Assembly (NCBI GenBank): GCA_016432485.1
Contig: CP066691.1
Coordinates: 516,709-580,708 of the forward strand
From: Candidatus Niyogibacteria bacterium
GTDB taxonomy: Bacteria; Patescibacteriota; Minisyncoccia; HO2-45-28
DNA length: 64,000 bases
Direction: 5' to 3'
The notes beneath the pieces are model-generated. The model was not told the origin of the DNA. It was given only the letters and a program-made list of their open reading frames with translations, and did no database searches. Shown one piece after another: positions 55,067 through 64,000 of the stretch. The translations under genes and the position numbers were made by a program. How positions within the stretch are numbered: the stretch's first letter is position 1; the number at the start of each line of letters is the position of its first letter.

Positions 55067-55932
55067 TATTGCGGGGGCAGGGTGCTCATTATTCTGATAA
55101 TCGCTCCGACGGCTTGTTCTGATTGGGCGATTATGAGAAATTGTTTATTGAATATGGAATATCCGATTATGGGTTTTCCGGTGCGGTTTCGCAGAAAACG
55201 AGCGTCGTTATTTTCCACGACCGAATCCAGAAAGACGTTTTCTCCGCGATCGTACGACAAATCCGGTTTAAGAAGTTTCGCGAAGTCCGCGGTCATTTTT
55301 TCTTCCCATTGAAGCAGGCCGGCGAAAGCCGAAGAATACAAATTGATTTCAATTATAAAAACGGGTTCGTTCCCCAAAGCAGTGTCTATGATTCCGAAAG
55401 TTGAACGCGGCCCCATTCCGTTTTCAAATAAAGGCGGCGGCGTAATTTCGACCAGATTAAAAATATCTTTCGCGTCCAAAAATTCATTTTGGCTCTGGTC
55501 AAAAGTTTTCACATAAATAAATTCTCGCGGCCGAAGCTGGGAGTCCAGAAATTTCTGCCATAAATCCAAAAATGTTTTTTGGTTCCGCGTTTCCAGCTCT
55601 ATGGCAACTTCGCGGTCCGCGCGGATTATGGGCGGCGGGGATTCTGCCGCCGTCCCCGCGCTGGGCCCCTGAATTGTTCTTTTGAGCCAAAATGCCCCGA
55701 AAGCCGCGACAATTATTATAAGCAAAGCGATAAAAACATAAATGGCCGGCCTTATCTTTGACATTGGAGATTCAAATGCGGCCGCGGTTTTTCTTTCCTG
55801 CTTCGCGCTGACGAGTTCACCCAGGGAGAATTTTTTTCCGCTGGCATATTCCCGGACGTCCGAAATCATGGTTCTTATGCCGGGCTTTTTAGGCTCGTTT
55901 TTTTCAGGAACATTTTGACTGCCGCCGTTCAT
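55066..55932 (-). CDS. hypothetical single-pass membrane protein
   Basis: 288 aa with a TM helix near residue 70; no recognised family. Confidence 0.4.
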   Translation of the reverse strand: MNGGSQNVPEKNEPKKPGIRTMISDVREYASGKKFSLGELVSAKQERKTAAAFESPMSKIRPAIYVFIALLIIIVAAFGAFWLKRTIQGPSAGTAAESPPPIIRADREVAIELETRNQKTFLDLWQKFLDSQLRPREFIYVKTFDQSQNEFLDAKDIFNLVEITPPPLFENGMGPRSTFGIIDTALGNEPVFIIEINLYSSAFAGLLQWEEKMTADFAKLLKPDLSYDRGENVFLDSVVENNDARFLRNRTGKPIIGYSIFNKQFLIIAQSEQAVGAIIRIMSTLPPQ

Positions 55933-55941
55933 TTTTATTTT

Positions 55942-58044
55942 TTATTTTGTTTTTTCGCGGTATTGGGAAGATTGTTTGATTGAAAGATTGACTCTGCCGA
56001 GCTCGTCAATGCTGATTATTTTCACCGGCACTTCGTCGCCGATGTTGACTATATCGCGCACTTTGTTGACCCGATACGGCGCGAGCTCCGAAATATGCAC
56101 CAGTCCTTCCTGTTTCGGTCCGATTTCAACCATGGCTCCGAATTCAAATATGCGGCTGACTTTACCCATAAATTCCTCGCCCACTTCGTATTCACGAGTC
56201 AGATTTCTGATGGCTTCGGCTGCCCTTTCGGCCGATTCCTGATTTTTGCCGGTAATGAATATCTCGCCAGTCTGTTCAATGTCTATCTCGGCTCCGGTTT
56301 CGTCAATTATTTTATTTATGGTCTTTCCTCCCGGACCGACCACGTCTCTTATTTTGTCGGGATTTATGTTGATGGTTATGATTTTCGGAGCGTGGGGCGA
56401 AATGTTTTCGCGCGGTTTGGGCAGGACTTTAAGCATCACTTCCATTATTCTGATTCTTGCCTCCCTCGCGTCTTCAAGGGCTTTTTTAAGCATCTCAAGC
56501 GTTACTCCATCCACTTTGACGTCCATTTGAATCGCGGTTATTCCATTTTTAGTGCCCGCGGCTTTGAAATCCATATCGCCGTGATGGTCTTCGGGACCCT
56601 GAATATCGGTCAGAACTTTGAAGCGGCCGTCACTGTCCATCATTAAGCCCATGGCAATTCCGGCGACAGGCTCTTTAATCGGCACGCCCGCGTCCATCAA
56701 AGACAGGGTTGAAGCACACACCGATCCCATTGAGGTTGAGCCGTTTGAAGACATTGTTTCCGAAACCAGACGAATGGTGTAGGGGAAAATTTCTTTTGGA
56801 GGAATGACGGCTTCCAGCGCGCGCTCGGCCAAAGCGCCATGTCCGATTTCTCTTCGGCCGGGCGAGCCCATTCTCCCTGTTTCACCGGATGAAAAAGGCG
56901 GAAAGTTGTAATGATGCATAAAGCGTTTTTTGGTTTGCGTTTCCATTCCTTCTATCAGCTGAACATCTCCGGGAGCTCCGAGCGTTGTGACGGATAAGAT
57001 ATGGGTTTCCCCTCTGAAAAATAAAGATGAGCCGTGATTGCGTTTAAGCAAACCGATCTCGGCGTATAAAGAGCGTATTTCATTGAGTTTGCGGTGGTCC
57101 GGCCTTTTTTCGCGTTCAAGTATGTTTTTATGGACTATTTCGTCAATTGCTTTTTCATAAAGGTCGTCGGCTTCGTTTACAAGGCCGCTGAATTGTTCCT
57201 GAACCGCGTCCATCCATTCTTTTTTGAGCTCTCCCAGTCGCGTGTTGCGCACGGGCTTTTCGGTTATATATATGTAATCTTCAAGGCGCGGCTTGATGTG
57301 GCTGGTAAAAAGTTCCAGAAATTCCGCCGGCTCTTCCGGAAATTCAAGTTTCATTTTTTCTTTGCCGACCTCCGCGATTATATCCCTCTGGAATTTTTCA
57401 ATTTTCGCGAATTCCGGCAGAGCGCTCTTGAGAGCCTGCATTATTTTTTCTTCAGGAATTTCTTTGGCCCCTGCTTCAATCATATTTATTTTTCCATTTC
57501 TGGCACAGGCGACAAGATCCAATCCCGATTCTTCTTTTTCGGCGTAAGTCGGGTTGAAAATAATTTCGTTGTTTTTAATGCCCAGTCTTAACGGGCTGAC
57601 CGGACCGTCCCAGGGGATGTCCGAGGTTGCCACAGCCAAAGAGGCCGCGAGTATTCCGGGAACATCGGGGTCATTTTCGCCGTCTATTGAAAGAGCCATA
57701 ATCACCACGTGTATTTCGTTTCGCGATTTTTTATTGAAAAGCGGGCGGAGGGTTCGGTCAATCAGCCGGCCGTTAAGCACTGCTTCATCAGACGGCCGGC
57801 CCTCTCTGCGAACAAAGCGGGAACCCAGAATTTGCCCTGCGGCGTAGAATTTTTCTTCGTAGTCAACCGAAAGCGGGAAAAAATTTATTCCGGTTCGCGG
57901 GCTTTTGGCCATTGTAGCCGTGGCGAAAACAGTGGTTTCGCCGTAACGCACCAGAACCGAGCCGTTAGCCTGGGCAGCCAAATCCGAAAACTCCACTTCC
58001 AATTTGCGTCCGGCTATATCGGTTGAGTATTTTTTGCCCTGCAT
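55942..58044 (-). CDS. pnp: polyribonucleotide nucleotidyltransferase
   Basis: Two RNase PH domains, a KH domain and a C-terminal S1 domain. Start set at MQGKKYS to avoid overlap with the upstream gene. Confidence 0.93.
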   Translation of the reverse strand: MQGKKYSTDIAGRKLEVEFSDLAAQANGSVLVRYGETTVFATATMAKSPRTGINFFPLSVDYEEKFYAAGQILGSRFVRREGRPSDEAVLNGRLIDRTLRPLFNKKSRNEIHVVIMALSIDGENDPDVPGILAASLAVATSDIPWDGPVSPLRLGIKNNEIIFNPTYAEKEESGLDLVACARNGKINMIEAGAKEIPEEKIMQALKSALPEFAKIEKFQRDIIAEVGKEKMKLEFPEEPAEFLELFTSHIKPRLEDYIYITEKPVRNTRLGELKKEWMDAVQEQFSGLVNEADDLYEKAIDEIVHKNILEREKRPDHRKLNEIRSLYAEIGLLKRNHGSSLFFRGETHILSVTTLGAPGDVQLIEGMETQTKKRFMHHYNFPPFSSGETGRMGSPGRREIGHGALAERALEAVIPPKEIFPYTIRLVSETMSSNGSTSMGSVCASTLSLMDAGVPIKEPVAGIAMGLMMDSDGRFKVLTDIQGPEDHHGDMDFKAAGTKNGITAIQMDVKVDGVTLEMLKKALEDAREARIRIMEVMLKVLPKPRENISPHAPKIITININPDKIRDVVGPGGKTINKIIDETGAEIDIEQTGEIFITGKNQESAERAAEAIRNLTREYEVGEEFMGKVSRIFEFGAMVEIGPKQEGLVHISELAPYRVNKVRDIVNIGDEVPVKIISIDELGRVNLSIKQSSQYREKTK

Positions 58045-58048
58045 TTTA

Positions 58049-58573
58049 TTATTTTGTTGATTTATGCGGAAGATCCAATAAAAATTTTGACGATTCTCCC
58101 AGGTCAGTAAATTCATCGGCTTCCTCCTTGAGTTTTCCTGAAGCCGAGCGGCCAAAGGCCATGATTTCGACTCGCATGCCGTACGTTCCTTTTAAATAAT
58201 CAACAAGCGGCATGAAGTCTCCGTCTCCGGTTATTAAAACTACGGCGTCTACGCTCGGGGCGAGACATACGGCGTCAATGGTTAGTCCGACATCCCAGTC
58301 GGCTTTTTTCATTCCGCCGGCGAAAATCTGCAAGTCTTTGAATTTCGGCTCAATTCCTATTTTTTCCAGCGCTTCAAAGAAGGCCGATTCCTCTCCGGAT
58401 TCCGTTTTTATAACATAGCCGATAGCGCGCACCAGCTTTCTGCCGGCAACGGCCGCTTTCAGGACCTCTTTAAAATTGACGCGCTTGCCAAAGAGGTTGC
58501 GCGCCGAGTGATACATGTTTTGAACGTCAATTAAAATCGCCACTCGCTGTTCGCGATGTTTTATCACTGCCAT
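58049..58573 (-). CDS. NYN/LabA-like domain protein
   Basis: VAILIDVQN ... VLITGDGDF are the Asp-bearing NYN motifs; 174 aa. Confidence 0.6.
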   Translation of the reverse strand: MAVIKHREQRVAILIDVQNMYHSARNLFGKRVNFKEVLKAAVAGRKLVRAIGYVIKTESGEESAFFEALEKIGIEPKFKDLQIFAGGMKKADWDVGLTIDAVCLAPSVDAVVLITGDGDFMPLVDYLKGTYGMRVEIMAFGRSASGKLKEEADEFTDLGESSKFLLDLPHKSTK

Positions 58574-58579
58574 GTTCTT

Positions 58580-58849
58580 TTATTTTTTTAAACCTATTTT
58601 TTTAATAATATTTGAATAGCGCTTCTCGTCTTCTTTTGAGAGGTAGTCCAATAGGGATTTTCTCTTTGAGACCATTTTTAAAAGCCCGCGCCTTGAATGA
58701 ATATCTTTGGGGTGGTCTTTTAAATGCTGGGTCAGGCGTTTTATTTCTTCGGTCAAAAGCGCGATTTGGACCTCCGAAGACCCGGTGTCCTTTTCGTGCA
58801 GTTTATATTTTTCCACCACTTTTTGTTTAGTCTTTACAGCTAACATCAC
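58580..58849 (-). CDS. rpsO: 30S ribosomal protein S15
   Basis: 89 aa with [32 protein letters not shown]; lies in the classic rpsO-pnp arrangement. Confidence 0.9.
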   Translation of the reverse strand: MMLAVKTKQKVVEKYKLHEKDTGSSEVQIALLTEEIKRLTQHLKDHPKDIHSRRGLLKMVSKRKSLLDYLSKEDEKRYSNIIKKIGLKK

Positions 58850-58937
58850 CTACATCCTAGCATATATCTGTTTTTTATTCAAGCGCTTCTTTACAAGACA
58901 AAGAAGGCGTGTTAATTTTTAAAACTAACCATTAATT

Positions 58938-60065
58938 ATGGATGTTCAAATTAAAAAATTGCCGAAATCAGAAATTGAAATATCCGGAGAAATTCCCGCG
59001 GACGAATTTGAGGCGCATTACCAAAGCGCTCTTAAAGAACTGAACGAAAAATCATCCGTTGCGGGGTTCAGGCCCGGGCATATTCCGGAAAATATGCTTG
59101 TTGAAAAAATAGGCGAAGATTCGGTTTTGGAACACGCGGCCGAACACGCGCTTGAGGAGGCATATCCGAAAATACTTGAAGAAAATAAAATTGATGCCTT
59201 GGGACAACCGCGAATAACCATAACTAAAATAGCGCGTCAAAACCCCCTGGGTTTTAAGATTCAGACCGCGGTTTTGCCCGAAATAAAACTTCCCGACTAT
59301 AAAAATATCGCCGCAGGCATTAGCGCCCGCATAGATGAGATAAAAGTGGAAGAAAAAGAAATTGAAGAGGCACTTAACTTTTTAAGAAAATCCAAATCCA
59401 AAAACACCGAGAACACCGAGTCGCAAAACACCGAGTCACATGATTCGGACGGCCGTCCGAATCAGATTACTGGGACGAATCAGATTACCGAGACGAAAAA
59501 ACCGGAGGGATTGTCGGAGGGATTGTCGGAGGGGCCGGAAAGCGACGATGAATTCGCAAAAAGTTTCGGACAACAGGACCTTAATGGTTTAAAAAAACTT
59601 CTTGAAGAAAACATAAGACAGGATAAAACAACTAAAGCGCGAGAGTCGCGTAGAATGGAAATAATGGATAAAATTTCGTCCTTAGTCGTTGCGGAAATTC
59701 CCCAGATTTTAATTGATTCAGAAAAAGAAAAAATGTCAGCCGAACTTCGTTCCTCAATTGAAAATATGGGTATGAAATGGGAGGACTATTTGAATCACAT
59801 TAAAAAAACAGAAGAAGAATTAAAGAAAGATTGGGCGGGCGAAGCCGAAAAACGCGCCCGTTACGCTCTGATTTTAAGAGAGATCGCGAATGCCGAAAGC
59901 ATCGCGCCGTCAGACGAAGAATTAAACGGTTTTGTCGTAAGTTCTCTCGCACAATATCCCGCGCCCGAGCGCGCCAAAATTGACAAAGAGCGTTTTAAGG
60001 ACTATGCTTACGGTATATTAAGAAACGAAAAGGTTTTTAATTTTTTGGAATCCAAAACTAAATAA
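58938..60065 (+). CDS. tig: trigger factor (with internal low-complexity repeat insertion, short C-terminus)
   Basis: N-terminal ribosome-binding domain (GFRPGHIPE). The central region contains tandem-repeat-encoded [11 protein letters not shown] and GLSEGLSEG plus a palindrome. Confidence 0.75.
   Translation: MDVQIKKLPKSEIEISGEIPADEFEAHYQSALKELNEKSSVAGFRPGHIPENMLVEKIGEDSVLEHAAEHALEEAYPKILEENKIDALGQPRITITKIARQNPLGFKIQTAVLPEIKLPDYKNIAAGISARIDEIKVEEKEIEEALNFLRKSKSKNTENTESQNTESHDSDGRPNQITGTNQITETKKPEGLSEGLSEGPESDDEFAKSFGQQDLNGLKKLLEENIRQDKTTKARESRRMEIMDKISSLVVAEIPQILIDSEKEKMSAELRSSIENMGMKWEDYLNHIKKTEEELKKDWAGEAEKRARYALILREIANAESIAPSDEELNGFVVSSLAQYPAPERAKIDKERFKDYAYGILRNEKVFNFLESKTK
59398..59535. 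repeat. cluster of short tandem repeats and a 22-nt perfect palindrome inside tig
   Basis: (AACACCGAG)x3, (GAATCAGATTAC)x2, (GGAGGGATTGTC)x2, and GATTCGGACGGCCGTCCGAATC, which is related to the TCCGAAC family. Confidence 0.85.
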
Positions 60066-60067
60066 AA

Positions 60068-60676
60068 ATGGACGAAGAATACTATAATTATTTAATTCCG
60101 ACCGTAATTGAAAAATCGCAATTCGGCGAGCGGGCTTACGATATTTATTCCAGACTTTTGAAAGAAAGGATTGTTTTTGTTTCGGGGCCGATTGCCGACC
60201 CGATTGCCAATACCGTAATAGCCCAGCTTTTATTTTTGGAATCGCAAGACCCCAAAAAAGATATTTCTCTTTACATAAATTCTCCCGGGGGTTCGGTTTC
60301 GGCGACCTTAGCTATTTATGACACTATGCAGCATATTAAGCCGGATGTTTCAACCATCTGCGTCGGATTTGCCGCATCGGGCGCGGCCATTCTTTTAGCC
60401 GCGGGCGCCAAAGGCAAGCGTTTTTCCCTGCCAAATTCGGAAATAATGATTCATCAGGTTATAGGCGCGGCCGAAGGGCAGGCGACCGAAATTGAAATAT
60501 CCGCGCGCCACATTTTGCGAGTCAAAGAAAAGTTAAATAAAATTCTGGCCGAGCATACTAACCAGCCATTGGATAAAATAGAAAAAGACACTGACCGCGA
60601 CTTTTTTATGGATGCCGATGAAGCCAAAAAATACGGCATTCTGGACAAAATTGTAAGGTCAAAAAACGGAAAATAA
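60068..60676 (+). CDS. clpP: ATP-dependent Clp protease proteolytic subunit
   Basis: Catalytic Ser in GFAASGAA, His in MIHQ, and Asp; 202 aa; in the tig-clpP arrangement. Confidence 0.92.
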   Translation: MDEEYYNYLIPTVIEKSQFGERAYDIYSRLLKERIVFVSGPIADPIANTVIAQLLFLESQDPKKDISLYINSPGGSVSATLAIYDTMQHIKPDVSTICVGFAASGAAILLAAGAKGKRFSLPNSEIMIHQVIGAAEGQATEIEISARHILRVKEKLNKILAEHTNQPLDKIEKDTDRDFFMDADEAKKYGILDKIVRSKNGK

Positions 60677-60685
60677 AAAATAAAG

Positions 60686-60738
60686 CCCCCTCCAGCATGC
60701 GTCTGCTGGAGGGGGTGCCCCCCCATTGGGGGGTTTTG
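60686..60738 (+). terminator. tandem intrinsic terminator after clpP
   Basis: CCCCCTCCAGCA-TGCG-TCTGCTGGAGGGGG followed by CCCCCCATTGGGGGG and TTTT. Confidence 0.7.
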
Positions 60739-60970
60739 GGCGGCCCACTCTAGTCGTGCAGCACGGGTTCACCTTCTCTCTCACAAGGATCGAGAAGCTG
60801 TGAGATCCCGAGGGCCACAGACAGTTGTGGACGGCCCGATGGTATACTACGCCTGGCCAGCCGCAACGCGATTTAGCCAGGGAAGAGCGGGTGACCGGCA
60901 GACCTTGATTTGACTCTGGTCTACGCGACCTTGTTTACAAGGTCTGCCGGTTCCCCCCGCGGCGCCGTGG

Positions 60971-61057
60971 TCAGGCGGCGGTCATGCCGTCGTGGACGAG
61001 GGCGGTCATCTTGGGGTAAATGGTGCCCTTGGCACCGGTGGGTGATCGTGACTGCAT
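60971..61057 (-). CDS. candidate 28-aa mini-ORF (MQSRSPTGAKGTIYPKMTALVHDGMTAA) inside a GC-rich structured locus
   Basis: Perfect SD AAAGGAGGAAAAATG; a consensus promoter lies 120 nt upstream. No homology is assessable, so it could equally be part of a non-coding RNA. Confidence 0.25.
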   Translation of the reverse strand: MQSRSPTGAKGTIYPKMTALVHDGMTAA

Positions 61058-61181
61058 TTTTCCTCCTTTTCTCCCCCCGGATTTCTCCTCTTTATAGGGG
61101 GATTAGACGGCGTATGGGCCTACTTTCCCTCGCGCAAGGCCTGTCCTTGCGGGGGGTGCTTCATTCCAAGGTACATCATCC

Positions 61182-61210
61182 ATTATACTCCCGGGCTTTT
61201 AATATGTCAA
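61182..61210 (-). promoter_or_regulatory. perfect-consensus sigma70 promoter TTGACA-N17-TATAAT overlapping the gpmI stop codon
   Basis: The minus strand reads TTGACAtattaaaagcccgggagTATAAT and points into the GC-rich non-coding region at 60720-61180. Confidence 0.6.
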
Positions 61211-62797
61211 GTCCTTGATATTTTCCATTTTATCCGCTAAAGAAATGCCGGTCATCTCCGCGGGTTTTGCCAGACCCAAAAGTTCAAGCGCGGTTGGCGC
61301 GACATCGGTCAAAGTCCCTTTTACCTCATTATATTTTTTCAAAATTTCTTCGTTTGAACGCTCTTTTTTGGATTCAAAATCTTTTATCGCGATAAAAAAC
61401 GGCACGGGATTTGACGTATGTTTGGTTCTTTTTTCTCCGGTTATCCGGTATTGTTTTTCTTCCGCGTTGCCGTGATCTCCGGTCACAATAACCGCTCCTC
61501 TAAGTTCCAAAACGCGCGGAATGATTTTTCCAAGCGCTTCATCCAGCGTTTCAACCGCCTTTACGGTCGCCTCAAAGTCTCCGGTGTGGCCGACCATATC
61601 GGCATTGGCGAAATTAACCAAAATGAAATCGTATTTTTCAAGAGATTCCAGAACTTTGTCGGTTACGGCCTCGGCCGACATTCGCGGGAATTCGTCAAAG
61701 TGGGCGGTTAAAACCGAAGGAATTAAAATTCGGTCTTCTCCCGGAAAAGCTTTTTCCCGGCCGCCGTTGAAAAAATAAGTAACATGCGCGTATTTTTCCG
61801 TTTCGGCTATATGAACCTGCTTTAATCCGGCGTCAGCAATGATTTTAGCCAGCGAGAGTCTGATATCGAGCGGAGAAAAAGCAACCTCGGCTTTAAAAGC
61901 CGGATCGTATTGGGTCATTGTTACAAAAAAAAGATTGTTTATTTTCGTCCTCGGAAATTTGTCAAACCCGTCGGCGATAAAGGCGCCGGTCAGTTCCCGC
62001 GCGCTGTCTTCGCGGTAGTTGAAAAATACGGCGGCGTCATTATCCTGAATTCTGCCCGCGGGCCTTCCGGCTTCAGCTAAAAACCCGGGCTCAATGAATT
62101 CATCGGTGAGGCCCTCTTTGTAGCTTTTTTCTATGTAGAGAGGCGCGTTTTCATAAGGCCGGCCTTTGTCCAAAGCCAAGAGATTATATGTTTTTTCAAT
62201 AAGTTCCCATTGGTTGTCGCGGTCCATCGCGAATCTCCGGCCGATAACTGAAGCGATTTTGGCCTCGGGATAATTCTGAGCCAATCTGGATTCCAGAAAC
62301 GCAAAAAGTTTTGAGGCTTCCTGCGGCGGAGCGTCTCGGCCGTCAGTAAAAAGATGGAGATATAGCTCATCCAGTCCGTTCTTTCGGGCCAGCTCCAGGA
62401 GGGCATAAACATGGTCAATATAGGCGTGCACTGAACCCGAAGAAAAAAGCCCGATCAGATGCAGGCGCGAATTATTTTTTTTGACGTGACTTACGGCTTT
62501 TTTAAAAGAGGGATTTTCAAAAAAACTTCCGTCGCGAATTGCCATTATGATGCGCGGGAGATGAGTGTAAATAACGCGGCCGGCCCCGATGGTCAAATGT
62601 CCAACTTCAGAATTGCCTTCTTCACCCCACGGAAGTCCGACGGCGGCACCCGAGGCCTGCAGGGTGGTGAAAGGGTAAAATTTTTCAAGATGTTCAAAAT
62701 TAGGCCGCTTTGCCAGACGTAAAGGCGACTCGGAAGTTTTGGCGTTCACGCCGTAGCCGTCAAGTATTATAAGTACGACGGGCTTATAGGTCATCAT
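61199..62797 (-). CDS. gpmI: 2,3-bisphosphoglycerate-independent phosphoglycerate mutase
   Basis: VVLIILDGYG start, metal-binding Asp/His/Ser motifs of iPGM, 532 aa. Confidence 0.92.
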   Translation of the reverse strand: MMTYKPVVLIILDGYGVNAKTSESPLRLAKRPNFEHLEKFYPFTTLQASGAAVGLPWGEEGNSEVGHLTIGAGRVIYTHLPRIIMAIRDGSFFENPSFKKAVSHVKKNNSRLHLIGLFSSGSVHAYIDHVYALLELARKNGLDELYLHLFTDGRDAPPQEASKLFAFLESRLAQNYPEAKIASVIGRRFAMDRDNQWELIEKTYNLLALDKGRPYENAPLYIEKSYKEGLTDEFIEPGFLAEAGRPAGRIQDNDAAVFFNYREDSARELTGAFIADGFDKFPRTKINNLFFVTMTQYDPAFKAEVAFSPLDIRLSLAKIIADAGLKQVHIAETEKYAHVTYFFNGGREKAFPGEDRILIPSVLTAHFDEFPRMSAEAVTDKVLESLEKYDFILVNFANADMVGHTGDFEATVKAVETLDEALGKIIPRVLELRGAVIVTGDHGNAEEKQYRITGEKRTKHTSNPVPFFIAIKDFESKKERSNEEILKKYNEVKGTLTDVAPTALELLGLAKPAEMTGISLADKMENIKDLTY

Positions 62798-62896
62798 TTA
62801 ATTTTAACGGGGCGCTGGACAAATTCAAAGGACTTTGATATATTGTAAGTATTCTTTATAAGCCCATGGTTTTAGAGCCAAAAACAAAAAATTATT

Positions 62897-64000
62897 ATGA
62901 TTTTACCTTCAACAGCGCTTATCGCGCTGGCGGCAGGAGCGTTCGGTCTTGTGGCCGGATACGTTTTACGCCAGATTATCGCCCAACAGCGCCGAAACTC
63001 AATAGAGTTAAAAATTAAACAGATACTTCTTGACGCCAAATCCGAAGCCCAAAAAACATTAGACGAAGCGAAACTTAAAGCCGATTCCGTACTTGAATCG
63101 GTAAAACGCGAAGAAAAAGAAAGGGAAACGGCGCTGCGCAGGCTGGAAGAAAGGATCGGCCAAAAAGAAGAGTCGGTTGAAAAAAGGAGAGCCGACATAG
63201 AACGCGAAACAAAAGATGTCGTCAAGCAGAAAGAAGACCTCAAGCGCCGCTATGAGTCGCTGGAGTCGGTTGAAACCGAGCGTCGGAAAGAATTGGAAAA
63301 ATTATCAGGGTTATCGGAAGAAGAAGCAAAGTCTGCTCTGATGACGAGCGTTGAAAAAAAATACGAATCGGACATTTTGACCCGTATGCAAAAACTTGAA
63401 AATTTCGGACAGGAAAAGCTTGAGCAGCGCGCCCGTGAAACCATTGCCTCGGTCATTCAGCGACTGGCGTCTTCAACCGCATCCGAAATAACCACGACCT
63501 CGGTCGCGATACCGTCGGACGACATCAAAGGAAAAATAATCGGAAAAGAAGGCCGTAATATCCGCGCGCTTGAAAAAGCGGCAGGAGTTGAGGTGATTGT
63601 TGATGATACTCCGGGTTCAATCATCATTTCAAGTTTTGATCCGGTCCGGCGCCACGTTGCCAAAGTAGCTCTTGAGAATTTAATTCTTGACGGCCGGATT
63701 CAGCCGACCAGAATTGAGGAAATGGTTGAGAAAGCGCGGGCCGAAGTTGAAAAGATAATGAAAGAAGCGGGCGAAGCGGCCATCTACGAAGTCGGCGTTT
63801 TTGATATTGATGCAAGACTGGTTAATCTTCTCGGCCGCCTGCGTTTCCGCACAAGTTTTGGGCAGAATGTTTTACAGCATTCAATTGAAATGACGCATCT
63901 TGCCGGAATGCTCGCATCCGAACTGGGCGCGGACGTTCAAATATCCAAAAAGGGCGCCTTGTTTCACGATATAGGCAAGGCGATGGACCATGAAATACAG
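62897..64000 (+). CDS. rny: ribonuclease Y (3' truncated by the window edge)
   Basis: N-terminal TM helix, coiled coil, KH motif IGKEGRNIRALE and the HD domain start (FHDIGKA). The ORF is open to the end of the window. Confidence 0.88.
   Translation, partial: MILPSTALIALAAGAFGLVAGYVLRQIIAQQRRNSIELKIKQILLDAKSEAQKTLDEAKLKADSVLESVKREEKERETALRRLEERIGQKEESVEKRRADIERETKDVVKQKEDLKRRYESLESVETERRKELEKLSGLSEEEAKSALMTSVEKKYESDILTRMQKLENFGQEKLEQRARETIASVIQRLASSTASEITTTSVAIPSDDIKGKIIGKEGRNIRALEKAAGVEVIVDDTPGSIIISSFDPVRRHVAKVALENLILDGRIQPTRIEEMVEKARAEVEKIMKEAGEAAIYEVGVFDIDARLVNLLGRLRFRTSFGQNVLQHSIEMTHLAGMLASELGADVQISKKGALFHDIGKAMDHEIQ

Noticed and set aside
60720-61200. RNase P RNA, tmRNA or SRP RNA in the GC-rich locus
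   Set aside because: I looked for the P4 helix motifs (GGAAAGTCCGGGC, ACAGAANCCGGCTTA), a tRNA-like T-arm or CCA end, and the SRP domain IV consensus. None are present beyond chance-level partial matches.
60910-61218. 102-aa plus-strand ORF in the GC-rich locus
   Set aside because: It is Arg-rich (RRRSCRRGRGRSS), has no RBS, and lies opposite to the promoter and SD that read on the minus strand.

Overview
The window reads like a small, streamlined bacterial chromosome of about 45% GC; the gene content (PilB/GspE ATPase, ComM, lamin-tail-domain protein, many small secreted or membrane proteins) is compatible with a Patescibacteria/CPR-like organism, although that is inference. It contains the replication-origin neighbourhood: dnaA-dnaN on the minus strand, rpmH-rnpA-yidC-jag on the plus strand, with DnaA-box-like AT-rich intergenic regions between them. 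Housekeeping genes are dense: uvrB, rpsT, holA, polA, tsaE, ruvA, ruvB, ruvC, yebC, tyrS, a class A penicillin-binding protein, ksgA, uvrD/pcrA, comM, pnp, rpsO, tig, clpP, gpmI, rny (3' truncated), and one tRNA-Arg(CCG). The main accessory feature is an 11-gene co-directional block at 37.5-48.5 kb with a VirB4-family ATPase (Walker A AKAGAGKS, Walker B LVIDEAWW) apparently split into two ORFs, a VirB3/PrgI-like small 2-TM protein, a VirB6-like polytopic membrane protein, a candidate VirB2/TrbC-like pilin and several secreted proteins. No relaxase, VirD4 or integrase is present, so it looks like a chromosomal minimal type IV secretion-like system. A second theme is sequence-level oddities. A family of near-perfect palindromes (core TCCGAACYSRGTTCGGA) sits in-frame inside ksgA and tig and in an intergenic site. 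Heptanucleotide tandem repeats lie inside murE, tsaE and at the polA 3' end. A family of 65-70 nt palindromic elements follows a TATAAT box. Several GC-rich islets (50-60% GC) each carry their own consensus or near-consensus sigma70 promoter (four are exact TTGACA-N16/17-TATAAT), a Shine-Dalgarno site and an intrinsic terminator. One 1.66-kb TrmB-regulator cassette is flanked by a 26-bp direct repeat that duplicates the 3' end of the PBP gene. No CRISPR array, rRNA or transposase was seen.
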